Both the position numbers and the translations under genes were made by a program. Shown in pieces: positions 11,768 through 24,605 of a DNA stretch of 46,647 nt. Origin of the DNA: Rhizodiscina lignyota. Lineage: Eukaryota. The stretch lies in the NCBI GenBank assembly GCA_010015805.1, contig ML978135.1, positions 682,001 through 728,647 of the forward strand, given 5' to 3'. A model generated the notes under the pieces. It was not told the origin of the DNA. It worked only from the letters and a program-made list of their open reading frames with translations, and searched no databases. Positions within the stretch are counted from its first letter, which is position 1, and each line of letters starts with the position of its first letter.

Positions 11768-13407
11768 TTAGACGATGTCTTTGGACGTGCCCCTGCCATG
11801 ACTGGCAGTAAGAGGATCCTGGCTGCCAGTGCGGTCGAAGTGCGTCTGGTAGTTGGTTGAGCTGGTCTCGCTGCGGCCGTAGTTGGTGTAGTTGGTTGCG
11901 CTGCTCTCGCTGCGGCCGTAGTCAACGTTGAGTTTGGTCGTCTTCACGATTTTGTCTCCGCGGGGGAACTGGCCAGCCCAATCGCTGCTGGTCGTGCTGT
12001 CTCGTGCTCCTCCCTCAGCGATGGTATCAAATCCGAAGCCGTGGCTCTGGCGTCCAAATCCATAACCTGCAGTACCGGTCGCGTCTGGGAGATACACTTG
12101 GTTGCGCGTCAACGAAAGTCTCGGGTTAAGCATATCCTTCAGATCGATGCTCTTGGAATCGGATGTGACTGCGTCGCCGTAGCCGTAGCGAGAGAACTGT
12201 GAACGCTGGTATGTGGGATTACGCGACGAGGAGGAGCCGTGCTTAGTCGTCAATTCCGTGACGCTGTGGAAGAGCTTGAGGAACAGCGGGCGAATTGGCG
12301 GGACACAGCTGACGATAAGGATGATCCACGTCTCGATTGCAGTCCAGATGAGAAGCAGTTCAATCTTGTCTGGATTGGAGAACGTCAGTTTATCCAAATG
12401 GATGAGAGTAGGGTCTGTTAGAGTGAACATAGTAGTGAATATAAACGTACATGTAATGTCGTTAGTCTGTCCGAGTGACTTAAGTTCGGACGTCCTGACT
12501 GCCGAGCAACCCGACGCGCTAAAAAGGAATGTATTAGTGTCCATTGCGCGGAAATGACTTTTGCGGCTCAAGAAAGGGAAAACTCACAATATTCCGAACG
12601 ACATAAGAACGCTGAGGCCGGCTTTGACGTGAAGCTTCATGTTTAAATTCCAACAGATGTAGATCGGATACAAGGCCAGAGCCATGTCGCTGAAACTGGA
12701 CCAGCCTATATAGAGAGAGGTCATCAGCAGGCTATTCCCGAGTGAACGGAAAAGTAGTGTTCTTACTTCCTTGGAAGAAGGCGAAGTGCTGGTTGCGCTC
12801 CAAGCCATTGCACGTGCCATGAATCCTCTTGTCGAAGAGCTTTTGCAGCGGGTCGCATTGCAAGAGGATGAACAAGATTGTGAGACCATTGAAGAGTACG
12901 TTGGATGCCGCAATGCCCCAGAGAACCCATGGACGCCCGTCATGAGGTCCACGGAACTGCAGCAAGAAGGCGATTATGGCAACCTTTCCCAAGGCCATGC
13001 ATGCCACAAACAAGATCTGGGCGATCCAGACGTACTCGAGCGCGTGCGAAATTGACTCGGGCGACAAGGTGCCAATGTGTCTGCCGATACCATAGTAAAC
13101 GGAGATAGTTGTAGTGATCTGAGCAGCGAGGGCAGTGGCCTGTAAATTGTGTTTAGCATCAACTCGATCAAACTAATTTGAGATATCCAAGATCTCTGTG
13201 GCGCGAACTGTGGCTTACCCAGGTGAACGCCGCGATGTGGAAGTCAGCCTTAAGGCGTCTCGTAATGAAGTAACTGGCCCAGAACCTCGCGAACAACAGA
13301 ACTGTCGCAACGCAAGCGAACGTCCAAGTGATGCCCAAAATGACGATGCCTTGATTGTCAGGGTCTGTGAGCGATGGATCAGTAGTACCAGACATATTTG
13401 CAGTCAT
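11768..13407 (-). CDS. PTH11-like (fungal rhodopsin-domain) 7TM receptor without CFEM; exons 13407-13219, 13139-12767, 12705-12588, 12518-12451, 12369-11768
   Basis: LFARFW, GIGRH, KVAIIAFL, LQCDPLQKLFD, SDMALALYP, DITY..IWTAIE, SCVPPIRPL motifs; canonical introns. Confidence 0.88.
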
Positions 13408-15317
13408 TTACTAAACTTGGTTCGTTGTTGGTTTCCGCTGCAAGGTATGTTTCCGAGTGTGGAAGAAAGAGCGTGAGGAAGTGCCAAAAAATTTGACCAA
13501 GAGTGGTGTTTGGTGAACGTGCGTCAGCACCTATTTGAGTTGCTGAGGTGTGGACGTTTTGGGAGCATGATTGAAGGGATCGGCAAGAAAAGAGATGGGA
13601 GCAGCCTAGTTTGGGATAGCCGGTGTTGTGTTGTGTTGTGAAGTGGTTAGCGTCCAGGATTGAGTCGGCGCCTGGGAATCAACACAGAGGCGATGTCGGT
13701 CGAGTGCGTGTTCGTGAAGAGATTCTACCGCCTTGAGTAGAACAGAGAAGGACAGCTCCAATCGCACCAGCGAATCTCGCGTGGCCGAATGCTGGGGAAA
13801 GGCCCTTTTCTAAGTTCTTACATCAAGCGAGAGCGACGGAGAATAGCGTTCACGGCGAGCATGGTTCGGGCCGTGATGCTTGATCGGGTCGCCTGGTGTG
13901 GCACGAGCGCGGAGGTGGTTGGGATTCTTGCGTGAGATAGGATTCTGGAGAAATACTCCAAGTGAGCCAATTCGCTTTTTAATTAAAAAATCATCCAAGG
14001 CCCCTGAATTCCATACCCACGACCGCCGCACTGGATTTCTCGATGGTTTGCCCTATACAGATCTACATACCTCTTCGCGTCACACTGCGATCAATGCAGG
14101 TCCACAGCCGCGATACCCCGTGAACGCAGGTGATAAGAGCTAGGCAATACGACAGGTGGCGCTATGCGGGGTGAGCATAATGAAACACATGTCATGATAA
14201 TAAGCAAGCAAATTTTGCAGAGGGACGGTAGGCCTCGCGCGCTGCCAGTATCACTTACTTGTTTCGTGGCAGGAGGAGGTGAATTAGCTGTACAACAGAG
14301 CTGAGCGGCACTGACGGCCAGGTGACTGGGCGCAGCTGCGTGCATGTTCACTTGCAAAAAGGGACTGTTTCCGGACGCCTCGACCAGTGACAGCCCGAAG
14401 ATCTGGATCTTAAAAGCCCTGTGTAACTGAAACGCACAACCACTGGTCGGTCATGGACGGGACGTGGGATAAGGTCGACGAGAGTTAGCCACGGATCGCC
14501 ATGCAGGAACCATTCGTAGGAGGAATTTTCGCGAATTGGCAAAACAAATGTCAGCCTTGCCTGGGATCCTCGACACAAGAGCATGTTCGGAGCCCTGTCT
14601 GCATGTGGTGAGCTGTAAGCATCGATCCGCAGACCAAACGCTGGAGGCCGACCACACCGATAAGAGGAGAGCCGAAGAGGGCCGATGATCAATATTAGCC
14701 ACGGCTGTAGGGTGCCAGTGTCTCGGGGATTCGTAAGCGATCACTTTGCGTTTGTACGAGGCTATCAAGTCCACTGGCGGCCTCGAGTGAGAGTACAATC
14801 TTGCGGCGACGTTGAAGAAAGGTTCGGAGGATTGTCTGGGGCAGGTGCGGACATCAAGCTCCTGCTTCCGGCTGGTCAGTTCCCAAGTTCGGCTCTCTTC
14901 CGTCTCCACACTTTACCGAACCCGTTTCTAGTTGTACGAAGGTACGCCAATACTGTCCAGCTGAACTGCCCAACGGTAATATTTAGCTCCTTTATCTCGA
15001 GCAAGTAGGAAGCGTTTTCACCGCACACTTCTGTCGATCTTTCTTTCCGCTCGGACTGGCGTGTATGCGTCGATGATATAAAGAAGAAGCCACCTCCGGC
15101 TCAAGTCCTCCTCTTAGATTCGATGACGTTCACTTGGGTTGACAATCAGCTGTATTGACTGCACGCCACTTCACGTTGACATTCGAACCTCCTGTGCTCC
15201 TGGGCGAATCACATTGCGACGCAGCACGGCCTCTATGTTTCCTAACATCATTGGATAACGACATGAAATGATCGAAATGGAGTAACATCTGTCCGGTCGA
15301 GGAGTCAACTTGCTGCC

Positions 15318-15335
15318 TGACTCAGGCCTGACTCA
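15318..15335 (+). promoter_or_regulatory. Two tandem TGACTCA (Gcn4/CpcA/AP-1-type) sites
   Basis: TGACTCA at 15318-15324 and 15329-15335, ~550 bp upstream of the GFA gene. Confidence 0.5.
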
Positions 15336-15359
15336 CCAACTCCTCTGCTAACGGCCGAA

Positions 15360-15400
15360 ATGCAAGCACTATGCAAGCACTATGCAAGCACTATGCAAGC
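15360..15400. repeat. Perfect 11-bp minisatellite (ATGCAAGCACT)x3.7
   Basis: Seen directly. Confidence 0.9.
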
Positions 15401-15875
15401 CAGGGCACATGACACCGCGCCCAAGACGCGAGCGTGCAGCGATACGAACGCGGCTGCCTTCACGCGTCCAAGGCATCCAAGGCAGAAACCACGCCAAAGG
15501 ACAAGTGTGTCTTTCGCATTTCTAACCTGTACTCTCCATATCCGCGATTGGCGTCGAGCGGTGTGATTCAGAACGCCGATGTCGTCTGAGAAACAGGTAT
15601 TTGAGATTCCCACCGTCGCGAGTTACTCTCGTTATGCCCAAGTTTGCGGTTGACACCGTGTCTGATTTTCGGAAAGTTGCCGCTTCACATTCCATAAAGC
15701 TCACATCCCCCATGTCTTTCCAATTCTGTCTTCTGACCCCAGAAGCCTCTCCGCCTTCCTGTCAATCTCGGGATAGCCCCTACGTTTCTCAGTCGTCATC
15801 AGCTTACTACCATCCAAGTCAATCTACATATAACTCAGCAGCCTCGCAGCCTTCTCCGTATTATATCAATCCGCA

Positions 15876-16338
15876 ATGGCCCCAGTCGAGCAACCAGAGA
15901 CCGAACAACCCTCAGCCACTTACGATGGCAGCTGCCACTGCGGCGCCATTGCCTTTAAAGCCACTCTATCGCCCCCGATAGAGCAGCAGAAGCTCACGCA
16001 GTGCAACTGCAGCATCTGCTACCGCAATGGCTACCACCTGGTCTTCACTCCAGACGAGAATGTGGAATGGACCAAAGGCGGCGAGGATGCCATGACGGTG
16101 CGTCTCTTTAAATAATGGGTTTCGTCTCGGTAACATCACTAACATTCAATAACAGAAGTACTCCTTCAACAAGCAGCGCATCGTCCATCACTTCTGCCCT
16201 ACCTGTGGCACCAGCCTCTTGGCCCGATCTGTCGACCCTAATTTCTTCCCTGGCTTCGTGGGCGTGAATGCTAGGTCGTTTGATGGCGTTGATGTTAACA
16301 CCTTGGAGAAAAGGATCATCGATGGCAAGGCTCTTTGA
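15876..16338 (+). CDS. GFA/CENP-V family Zn-binding protein (glutathione-dependent formaldehyde-activating enzyme-like); exons 15876-16097, 16156-16338
   Basis: GSCHCG, CNCSIC and HFCPTCG motifs; intron GTGCGT..CTAAC..CAG. Confidence 0.92.
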
Positions 16339-17338
16339 GTTCAGCCAAATGTTTGAGGCTTCGTTGCAGAACGAATCACCTCTCTCAATGATGGCCGAAT
16401 CAGGAAGAAGACTAGTTAATTTGCTTCATAGATGGCTGAATGGGGAGGATGAGGAGGAAATAATTGTCAGATTGATAATGGACTTATCGGATAGTGTAGT
16501 TATCGTAAAAGAAAGTATATCATCTTTAGGATGTTTTGTTTCATATTTGAATTATTGTGTCAACGCGATTATGCGATTTGACTATGTGGAACGACCCAAG
16601 GGGCAATATCTATCCGTTACCCTGCCTCCAAGGGTAATAAAATAGTAAGCAATCGAGACTGCTTCAATGGTAAAGGCGGACAGTTCTTGCACTTTAAAGT
16701 AAACGAGACTTCTCAGAAAGTCTGGTTCGAGCTTCTTCGGGGTATTTCCCATGATAAACTACTATTGAAAATCTTTTCCAGTTGGTTGGTTGCGAGAATA
16801 CATCCTAGCTGCTCACTGTCCAGGATAACCCATTTGCCACCCTCGAACCTGCTCATGAGGTGAACGCCATTGATGTCAATGTCGCCTAGACCTTGACGAG
16901 CATTTGATCACACAGGTTCCATGCAAGGTCAAATGTGACACAATTTTCCTTACTGATACTCCATCAGCACCATTGGACTGGATCGCCGGGGAATGACGCC
17001 TTTTGCTGTAGGAAATCATTGAAATCAACACGTGTGGAGCGATTGCCGCCCCGTGCAAGACGCATAAGACTGAACAAGACCAAAAGTGTGCAATTCTGGT
17101 AGTTTCCCGACAAGTCGATTGCCAATTATGCTGGCTTCAATCCTGTTATAGACATCAACGGTCCTCATATATTACATCGAGCATTCCCAGGGAGAAACAC
17201 AGCCATCTTTCATTAGAACACCATTGTCGCCCCTTCCGATGCATATGTGACATCAATCAATGTGTCCGAGTTGTTTGTGCTATTATCCCACGTACGCCAT
17301 GTAAAACCAACCCACACGCTGATGTATGCACTTCCGTC

Positions 17339-18319
17339 TCAGTCCTTCCACCGATTGAGGAACTTCTGCATGTCGCCCGCTGGACCTGCAAGAGCTGAAG
17401 CCTATAAAAGTATTGTCAGCAATTGAAGGGAATCTCCACTCGCAGGATGCTCGAACGTACGGTATTCTCCATCTGGCTGACGCTATGAGTATTACTCTGT
17501 GTAATTGTCGTTGCCACCGTCGCTACGGGCAGGAAAGTCGTTGCGATAGAGACGCTCGAAGTCGGGAAGAGAGGTGTAGTATTTTTCTTCGTGATCGACG
17601 TAGGAGGCTGGACCATCATCGGAGCCATTCTCGTCAGGCCCGTCTGTTCGTTGTAGGGAACGTTGAAGCCATCAGCTGCTCCTCCAGCGGGATTGTTTGC
17701 GACCTGATTGACGGTGTCACGAGCCGTGGCATCTTTCACTGGCAGGCCGGCTTGGATCTTCGCAGAGAAGGTGCCAGTCATTCCGGAAATTGTGAAATGC
17801 GGCGAGAAGTTGATGACCTGGCCGCCCTCGCTAGCCACTGAGGTAATACGAAGGTAGCTGCAGTTTGCTGTCAGTCTCTGCTCATCCATATTACGGCATA
17901 CGCTTGTGCATGGTTGTAATAAAACTCCCTCAACGTACTATGCGTTCTTCGACTCGCCGCCCAAGGTGGCTTGAACAACGCCCTGGGCTGCATTCCCGCT
18001 GAATTGGGTATTCGGAGGTATGAGGTTCACAATAACGTCCTGCATTGGCCAGTGAGCATCTGCTTGGGGGTCTCAAGGAGCCCTCTCCGCTGAACAGACT
18101 GAAACATACAGAGTTGGCATCAGTATTCCCGCCAGCCATCAAATCGATTTGGTAGGTCTTCAGGTCAGATAACGAAGGTGACGACCCAGAGTCCTTCCAT
18201 TTTATGGAAATAGCTCCAGCTGGCACCTTAGCACCAGCTGCCGGGATTGTGAATTCAACATCGGCGAAACAGAACGGCGCGGTCGTGGCGAGGAGGGAAA
18301 GGAGGTTCAGAGACCGCAT
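17339..18319 (-). CDS. KRE9: Beta-1,6-glucan biosynthesis protein Kre9/Knh1; exons 18319-18110, 18039-17939, 17857-17461, 17401-17339
   Basis: Signal peptide; INFSPHFTISGMTG, VPYNEQTGLTRMAPMMVQPPT motifs; C-terminus MQKFLNRWKD. Confidence 0.9.
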
Positions 18320-18817
18320 TTTGCTTGTTGCGCACAGAGCGCGTCCGGTATTCGTTCGAAATGCTCTAGCTAGAACGTAAGTTTGCGGTTCTGTGTGATT
18401 CTCTCCCGAAAACGAGTGTGGGTTGGCGGTAGTTGGGTGAAACGTCAGCGAAAGTGGGCGGAGCGGCGAGTTTCTTGATGGCGTTGAGGCTCTGCCAGGA
18501 AATCCAGACAACGCGCGGGAGCCAAGCCAAATCCTTAGCTTAGCTCCAATACCCCCGTCCTCAATCTCCGCACAACTCATCCAACCCCCTCATTATATTT
18601 GCGCCCACCTTCAATTGAGCTGTGGGAGAAGCCTCACGCTCTCCTTCTCTGTCATTCGTTTCGCTTCCTTGCGATTTTTTTCCTGGGCCCCTTCAAAACA
18701 CCGCTAATATCACGTTGCGCTTCGCGATTCCTACCTCCGCGCAAACCGTCGCAACTCTACATTTTATTAGAACGCATTTCCGAACACTTAGCAATGTTTC
18801 CAGAGTAATACCTCACA

Positions 18818-19678
18818 ATGGCGGACGCGGAAGTGCAAATACCAGACCCCTCTGCCGATGTGGAGATGGGCGGGGAAGAGGAAGGTGATGGGGGAGCGGA
18901 AGTCGTGGAAGAAGAGACTATGCTCCCTGATGTCGAGGTGGAGACGAAGCGCGAATCCTTCTTGGACTTCCTGAAGTCGCCAATTATCGAACTGGCCGTC
19001 GGTATAGGTGAGAACGAGACTATCCTTACGGCGCATCAGGCCTTGTTAATCAAATCACCTTACTTCCAAGAGGCTTGCGCGCGTTTCGGGCCAGATGAGA
19101 AACGTCGAAGAATTGATCTACCAGATGAAGATTTATCTGCTGTAGGCTCGGTTCTGGAATATCTCTATAATGATGAATATTTCCCGAAAAGACTGGCACC
19201 GTCCGCGAAAGACTCCGCTCTAGAGGCCGACCCTTCGGTTCCTTCACCCGACAACACCGGCGCTGCTCTGCTGAAGCATGCGCGCATTTACACACTGGCC
19301 GAGAAATTCCGCCTGCCATCTCTCAAGTCGCTTGCGCATTCGAAGATTCACCGCACGAACTCGACCGCTCGTGGCGAGATTGCCTACGCACGATACGTGT
19401 ATAAGGAAACGAGTCGCGACGATCAACAAATCAGGAAACCGGTGGCAGCATTTTGGGCGACGAGGAGCCATGTGTTGCGCCACGAGGCTGAAGAAGAATT
19501 CAGAACTATGTGTCTGGAATTCCCACAATTTAGCTTCGACGTTCTGAGCCTGGTCTTGGATCAAAAGGAGAAGGGAAAAGTAAGAGGTGGTGCAGAAGAA
19601 GCGGAGTCGAGCAGAGGCGTCACAGGCACGCCCGTTGTGCATAGTGGAAGGAAGAGGCAAAGAACGAGCGGGATTTGA
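18818..19678 (+). CDS. BTB/POZ domain protein
   Basis: IIELAVG..AHQALLIKSPYF..IDLPDED..VLEYLYNDEY..IYTLAEKF; intronless 286 aa. Confidence 0.9.
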   Translation: MADAEVQIPDPSADVEMGGEEEGDGGAEVVEEETMLPDVEVETKRESFLDFLKSPIIELAVGIGENETILTAHQALLIKSPYFQEACARFGPDEKRRRIDLPDEDLSAVGSVLEYLYNDEYFPKRLAPSAKDSALEADPSVPSPDNTGAALLKHARIYTLAEKFRLPSLKSLAHSKIHRTNSTARGEIAYARYVYKETSRDDQQIRKPVAAFWATRSHVLRHEAEEEFRTMCLEFPQFSFDVLSLVLDQKEKGKVRGGAEEAESSRGVTGTPVVHSGRKRQRTSGI

Positions 19679-20035
19679 TCGATATTTTTTTTATATAAAT
19701 TTTTTTGCAAAGCGAGTCATTCTTCAGATGGATATCCAAAGTTTCTTCCAATTTTACATATCACATAGGGAGCAAGAGGTGCAGTGGGCAGCTGCGTTAC
19801 TTACCTGGTGGCTTAACTATGGCGTGGGGTTATGGCGTGGATGGATCTATTTTCGAGAGACTCTTTCCTCATAGTCGTTCACAAAAGTCCCGTTCCTAGC
19901 ATTCTATGTAAGATACTTCATATTCTCAGCAGAGCAGATATTGGCCTTGCAGCGCAAGCGAGGTTGTACGATACCACAATTGTAGCATAATCTCTGACTT
20001 CAATTGCGCAGTGTCAAGTTGACCTGCTCTTTACT

Positions 20036-21856
20036 TCATGCCTTAACAGCCTTCTCGACCTCCTCAGGCTCCTTAACAGCCGTGGTCAGATTGTCACATC
20101 CATTCTCCGTAACCACGACATCGTCCTCGATCCTCACACCACCAACCTGCCAATACCTCTCCAGCACATCTGCATCAATGAACTTACTATGCGTATCATT
20201 TTTCAGATACGGCTCGATCATGAACCTGCAGAAATACACACCCGGCTCAACCGTGATAACAGCCCCGGCTGGAACCTTTCCTCTTACTCTTAGATACCGA
20301 AACATGATGTCCGTATCCTTGTAGTTCGCGAAGCCCCCAACATCGTGCGTATCCATGCCGAGATAGTGGCCCAGGCCATGCGGGTAGAACGCTGTGCTCG
20401 TGCGACTCTTAAAGATTTCGTCCTTGTCACCCTTCAAGATGCCCAACTTCAACAACCCATCGATAGCAATCTTGTGTGAGTGGGCGTGGATATCGTCCCA
20501 CACCGCACCTGCCTTCAGCATCCCCATGCACGTCTTCTGCATGTCGAGGACGAGGTCGTAAATCTCGCGACTTTCTTTCGTAAAGGTTCCATTGATCGGA
20601 AACGTCCGCGTCACATCCGCACAGTAGCAGCGATACTCGCACCCTGCATCCACCAGCATGTTCAACGGCATGCCTCCCTTGTACCCATTCCCGCTCTCAT
20701 CCAAATCGGCATTGTTGTGCACGTAGTGCAGAGTTGAAGCACTAGTCCCGCTCGCCATGATAGGATGGTACGCCATCTCGCCGCACCCGCACACCATGCA
20801 GTGGCTGCGGAAAACAGCGTCGAGCTCGCGCTCGTTCTTGGCGGCTCGCGCCGCTCGCTGCACCGCTGCATGCGCTTGGTTGGTGACGATGTTGGCGTGG
20901 CGTAGCATCGCGATCTCGTACTCATCCTTGGTGGTGCGGGCAAAGTCTAGCGCGGAGCGAAGTAGCGAGAAGTTGGTGGTGCTGAACTCGAGGAAGGTGA
21001 CGTGCGAGGAGACTTGCGAATCGCCAGAGAGGCAGTAGATGGGCAGGGTGGAGTGGGCCTTGTTGGTAAGGTACTGGTTCAGGGAGGTCCCCGGGAGGCA
21101 TGTGTCGATGTCGAACCTGGACTGAGTTAGAGTACGTTGAGATGAGAGTAGTCGTGAGGAAGTGCAATGCAAAATAGCTCTAAGGGCTCCTTCAAGTTTC
21201 TTTAGATAGCATATCATGGGTGCTTACTTCTCCATTGCCTCTTCAGTGGTCAAAGGCAGACCCGACCAAATCACCTCATCCGCGTCAATGGGAGGGATGA
21301 ATAAGGTGGACTTGTCTTGCTCAATGTTGTATGCATAGTAGCAATCTGGCAGCTCGCAGCCAGTTAGATAGAAGAAATACCGGCGTTGTCTGATAGAGAA
21401 GTTAGAAGCGTGAGTATGGCATGAGACGGCAGCGGCCATAGCAACAAGAGAAGTGGCATATTGAAACTATGGACAACGAGGATAGAGTGCTTGTGAGATG
21501 GTAGAACTATAACTGAAGATCATAATGAGAGTGCACGGAAACGAAGCCGTTGAAAGAATCGCAAGAGAACAAGAAATGTGTACCGGAATGGCACCTGTTG
21601 GTCGTTGTCCTGCATTGAAACAGTATCAGCAGATCCGTGGAGTAATACCAATCTCAAATATGATAGACAGGAGTCATAGAAGTTCGAGAGTGGAGCATAC
21701 CTCTATCAGTTTGTCCTTCTGGCCCTCAAGGTAGATTACGCCCTTCCCCCCTCCACCATTCTGTTTAATCCACTCAGCTACTTTGCGCGCATGCGCCTTC
21801 GCGGGATATTTCTCCTTTAAGAGGGGAGCCTCTTCAGTGTTGGGTGCCTCCTTCAT
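20036..21856 (-). CDS. pepP: Xaa-Pro aminopeptidase/prolidase (M24B); exons 21856-21701, 21609-21584, 21389-21228, 21116-20036
   Basis: KYPAKAHA N-terminus, [51 protein letters not shown]. Confidence 0.93.
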
Positions 21857-22268
21857 TCTTTAGGTTATCAACCAGTCCAATTGCTAATTGAGTTGTGGTT
21901 GTTGTAGTTGCAGAACGGCTAGAGTCGGGGATAAGTTCGGTACACGAGGTAGACAGTAGCTACGCTGAAAGCAGTCACAATCCGCGCCGTGTTTAACTAC
22001 AGCCTGTAGTAAGCTATACCGCATAGCATAGAGCATAAAATGGGGTTTCAAGGATTCTCATTTCAAATAAGTGTATCGCTGCGTGACACACAACCGTACC
22101 CGCTGATTATGCTACCATGAACATGTAGCTGTTCAAGTTCATCATATTCCCCCGCCCAAAACGCCGGCGCCAATGTTCAATTCACAGTGATATACAAGAT
22201 CCCAGGCGCAGTATGCACAATCCCGAACCATTCCCTTAGCCAATCTATCTGCAGCAAGCGCTCAATTT

Positions 22269-23320
22269 CTAGAAGCAAAAGTACATAACGCTGCCGACCC
22301 CGGTAGCGCCAACGCCGAACCACCAGAGCATGTTTGGATTTATCCAACCTGGCTGCTTTGCTTGCATTGCCGGCTTGTTGAAGGCAGCGCTCCATTCGTC
22401 CAGACTTCGCTTCATGCGGAATTTACTGGAGGAAGTCGAGGATGGCTGACTTCCACTTGAAGTGGAGGTCGGGTTCAGCGTGCTGGTGGGCAGCATTTGA
22501 GGCGGATTGTAGGCGATGTAGAGGGGCATGACTGGTGATCCGTCGAAACGGAAGAGATCAAGACGGAGGATATTGTGGTAGGGGTCTGTGTAGACGGAGA
22601 ATCGCTGTTGCAGTGCATTACTATTCATGCTAGTTCACCTCTGTTTCATTCCGACGTACCTGGAAGAGTTCTGATTGGTTGTATCTTGTGTAGATGGCGT
22701 TGTCGCCTTCGCACGGTTGGGAGAGTAATTGTCTCCCATCAACCTCGAAAGGCGCGGTTACTATTGAACCATTTGCGAGCACTTGATATGTGCCGTGCTG
22801 CCACTGCATGATGCCACCAGGACATGCTGGGTTTACCGCTGTGTAAACAGTTAGTGATCCATTCTGCCAGAGATATAAGAATCCCCTAAAGTAACACACG
22901 ATTGGCTATTGCTCGATAGTATGCGGTCTCATAGTGGCCATCCGCGGTGAAAGAGTAGGATATGCCAGTGTGCGACGGCTCGATGAATTGCTCTTTTTTT
23001 GGGTTGTAGAAGCCCTGGAAAAAGTATCAGCCCACGCTCTTCCATCACATCTCGCACTTATCATTGCTGTTGTTACATACAGGGCCTGTAAACGTCTGAT
23101 TCGACTTGCTCGACCATGTGCCTACGAGATTCGTGGGTATCCCATCAGCCCCAGTAGGAGCCGCAGCCGCAGGAGTGGTAGCGGCAACACCAGGTGTAGT
23201 AACGACAGCGGGATCTGCTGGCACTCCAGGCGTGGTATCAACGGCGGCCGCTGGCACGCCCTGCGCCTCAACGAGCGTCGCACCCAGCGTCAGGAGCGCG
23301 GCTCCGAGCGACGCGAGCAT
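22269..23320 (-). CDS. ROT1: ER chaperone Rot1; exons 23320-23081, 23014-22900, 22838-22660, 22604-22269
   Basis: [52 protein letters not shown]-terminal TM. Confidence 0.93.
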
Positions 23321-23660
23321 GGTGGTTAGGGTTGGATTCGAGCGATTGAAATGGTATAGCGAGTGACAGCGGGTCGAAATTCAGGTGTGTGACATTTCTC
23401 GGAGGAGGGGGAGGAGTGTGAGAGCGATGGTTGCAGAAGTTGAAAAGGTTGGCAGTTGTTGGCTTGGGCCCTGGGGGTTGCGAAGCAGCGACATGGATGC
23501 AGCGCGTGGCTGTGCCAAGCGATGCGGCGAATTGCAGATGCAGATCTGCAACAACGCTCTTCAAATTCGTACACCTTCTGGCAATGAATTTCAATATTGG
23601 CGAACAGGCATGAGACCTTTGTAGGTGCAATCAATCGAGCAAAGAGCATGACAGCACAGC

Positions 23661-24491
23661 ATGGCGACTATGCAGGCGGCAAAGAAGCAGCTGCGAAAAT
23701 TGATCAAAGACCGGCTCTGTGATGTATCATTGGACAGTAGCAAGAATCAAAGTGGGATTTCTCTCTGTTAATTGCAGCAAGGCTTATGTGCTAAGGCAGA
23801 GAATTAGCTTCCAAGGCATTAGAGACCCTGTTCACGATGCCCCAGTATCAGAATGCGCAAAGGATCAGTGTGTACCTGTCCATGCCATCCGGTGAAATAT
23901 CAACTGCTGGCATTGTCCACGATGCTTTAAAGAATGGAAAGGAAGTTTTTGTGCCATACACGTATAAGATATCACACCTAGCAGATGGTCCGGGCTCGGT
24001 AATGGACATGGTCAAACTTGACGATCTCCGCGACTATGAAGAGCTGCGGCCTGATAAATGGGGGATCCCAACCCCGACCGAGTCTTCAATCGCGAATAGA
24101 ATCAATTCATTTGGATCAGTTGGGAAGTCAGTAGGGCACGATGCGTCCAGTGCACCAGGACAAGGGGGATTGGACCTGATCGTAATGCCTGGAATGGCTT
24201 TCGACATGAACATGAATCGTCTCGGTCACGGGAGAGGCTTCTATGATTTCTTCTTGGAGCGATTGCAACGACACACAGATACAAAGAAGGGAAGGATGCC
24301 ACTCTTAGGTTCGAATGCACTGAAGTGGAGTGGTGGAGCTTTGCTGACTTGAACTTTTAGTTGGTCTGTCGTTGAAAGAACAGCTACTTGAAGAGTCGTC
24401 TGTTCCGACCGATAGTACGGACTGGAAGCTCGATGCGCTCATCACTGGTGATGGCCAGCTCCTCACAGCATCGCATTCCCGAATTGCTTAA
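23661..24491 (+). CDS. FAU1: 5-formyltetrahydrofolate cyclo-ligase; exons 23661-23751, 23808-24308, 24361-24491
   Basis: AKKQLRK, SVYLSMPSGEIST, WGIP, DLIVMPGMAFD..RLGHGRGFYD, DWKLD. Confidence 0.92.
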
Positions 24492-24605
24492 TCACATCTC
24501 TTCCATAAGCGTCGAGCACCCTACTCGCGCAGCATGATATCGTAGCCGTCTTTGTCGCTGTCGTAGTGGTATCAAGGTTGTCCTCAATCCTGACTGAAGG
24601 CCTCT

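Noticed and set aside
14011..14020. CCATACCCAC resembling the start of fungal 5S rRNA
   Set aside because: Only 10 nt; the rest does not match
14091..15100. Overlapping short ORFs between the PTH11-like and GFA genes
   Set aside because: No consistent frame, splice model or recognisable motif
15175..15200. Minus-strand GGTTCGAAT B-box
   Set aside because: No flanking stem or cloverleaf
16660..16750. tRNA-like AATGGTAA..GGTTCGAG motifs
   Set aside because: T-stem and acceptor stem do not pair
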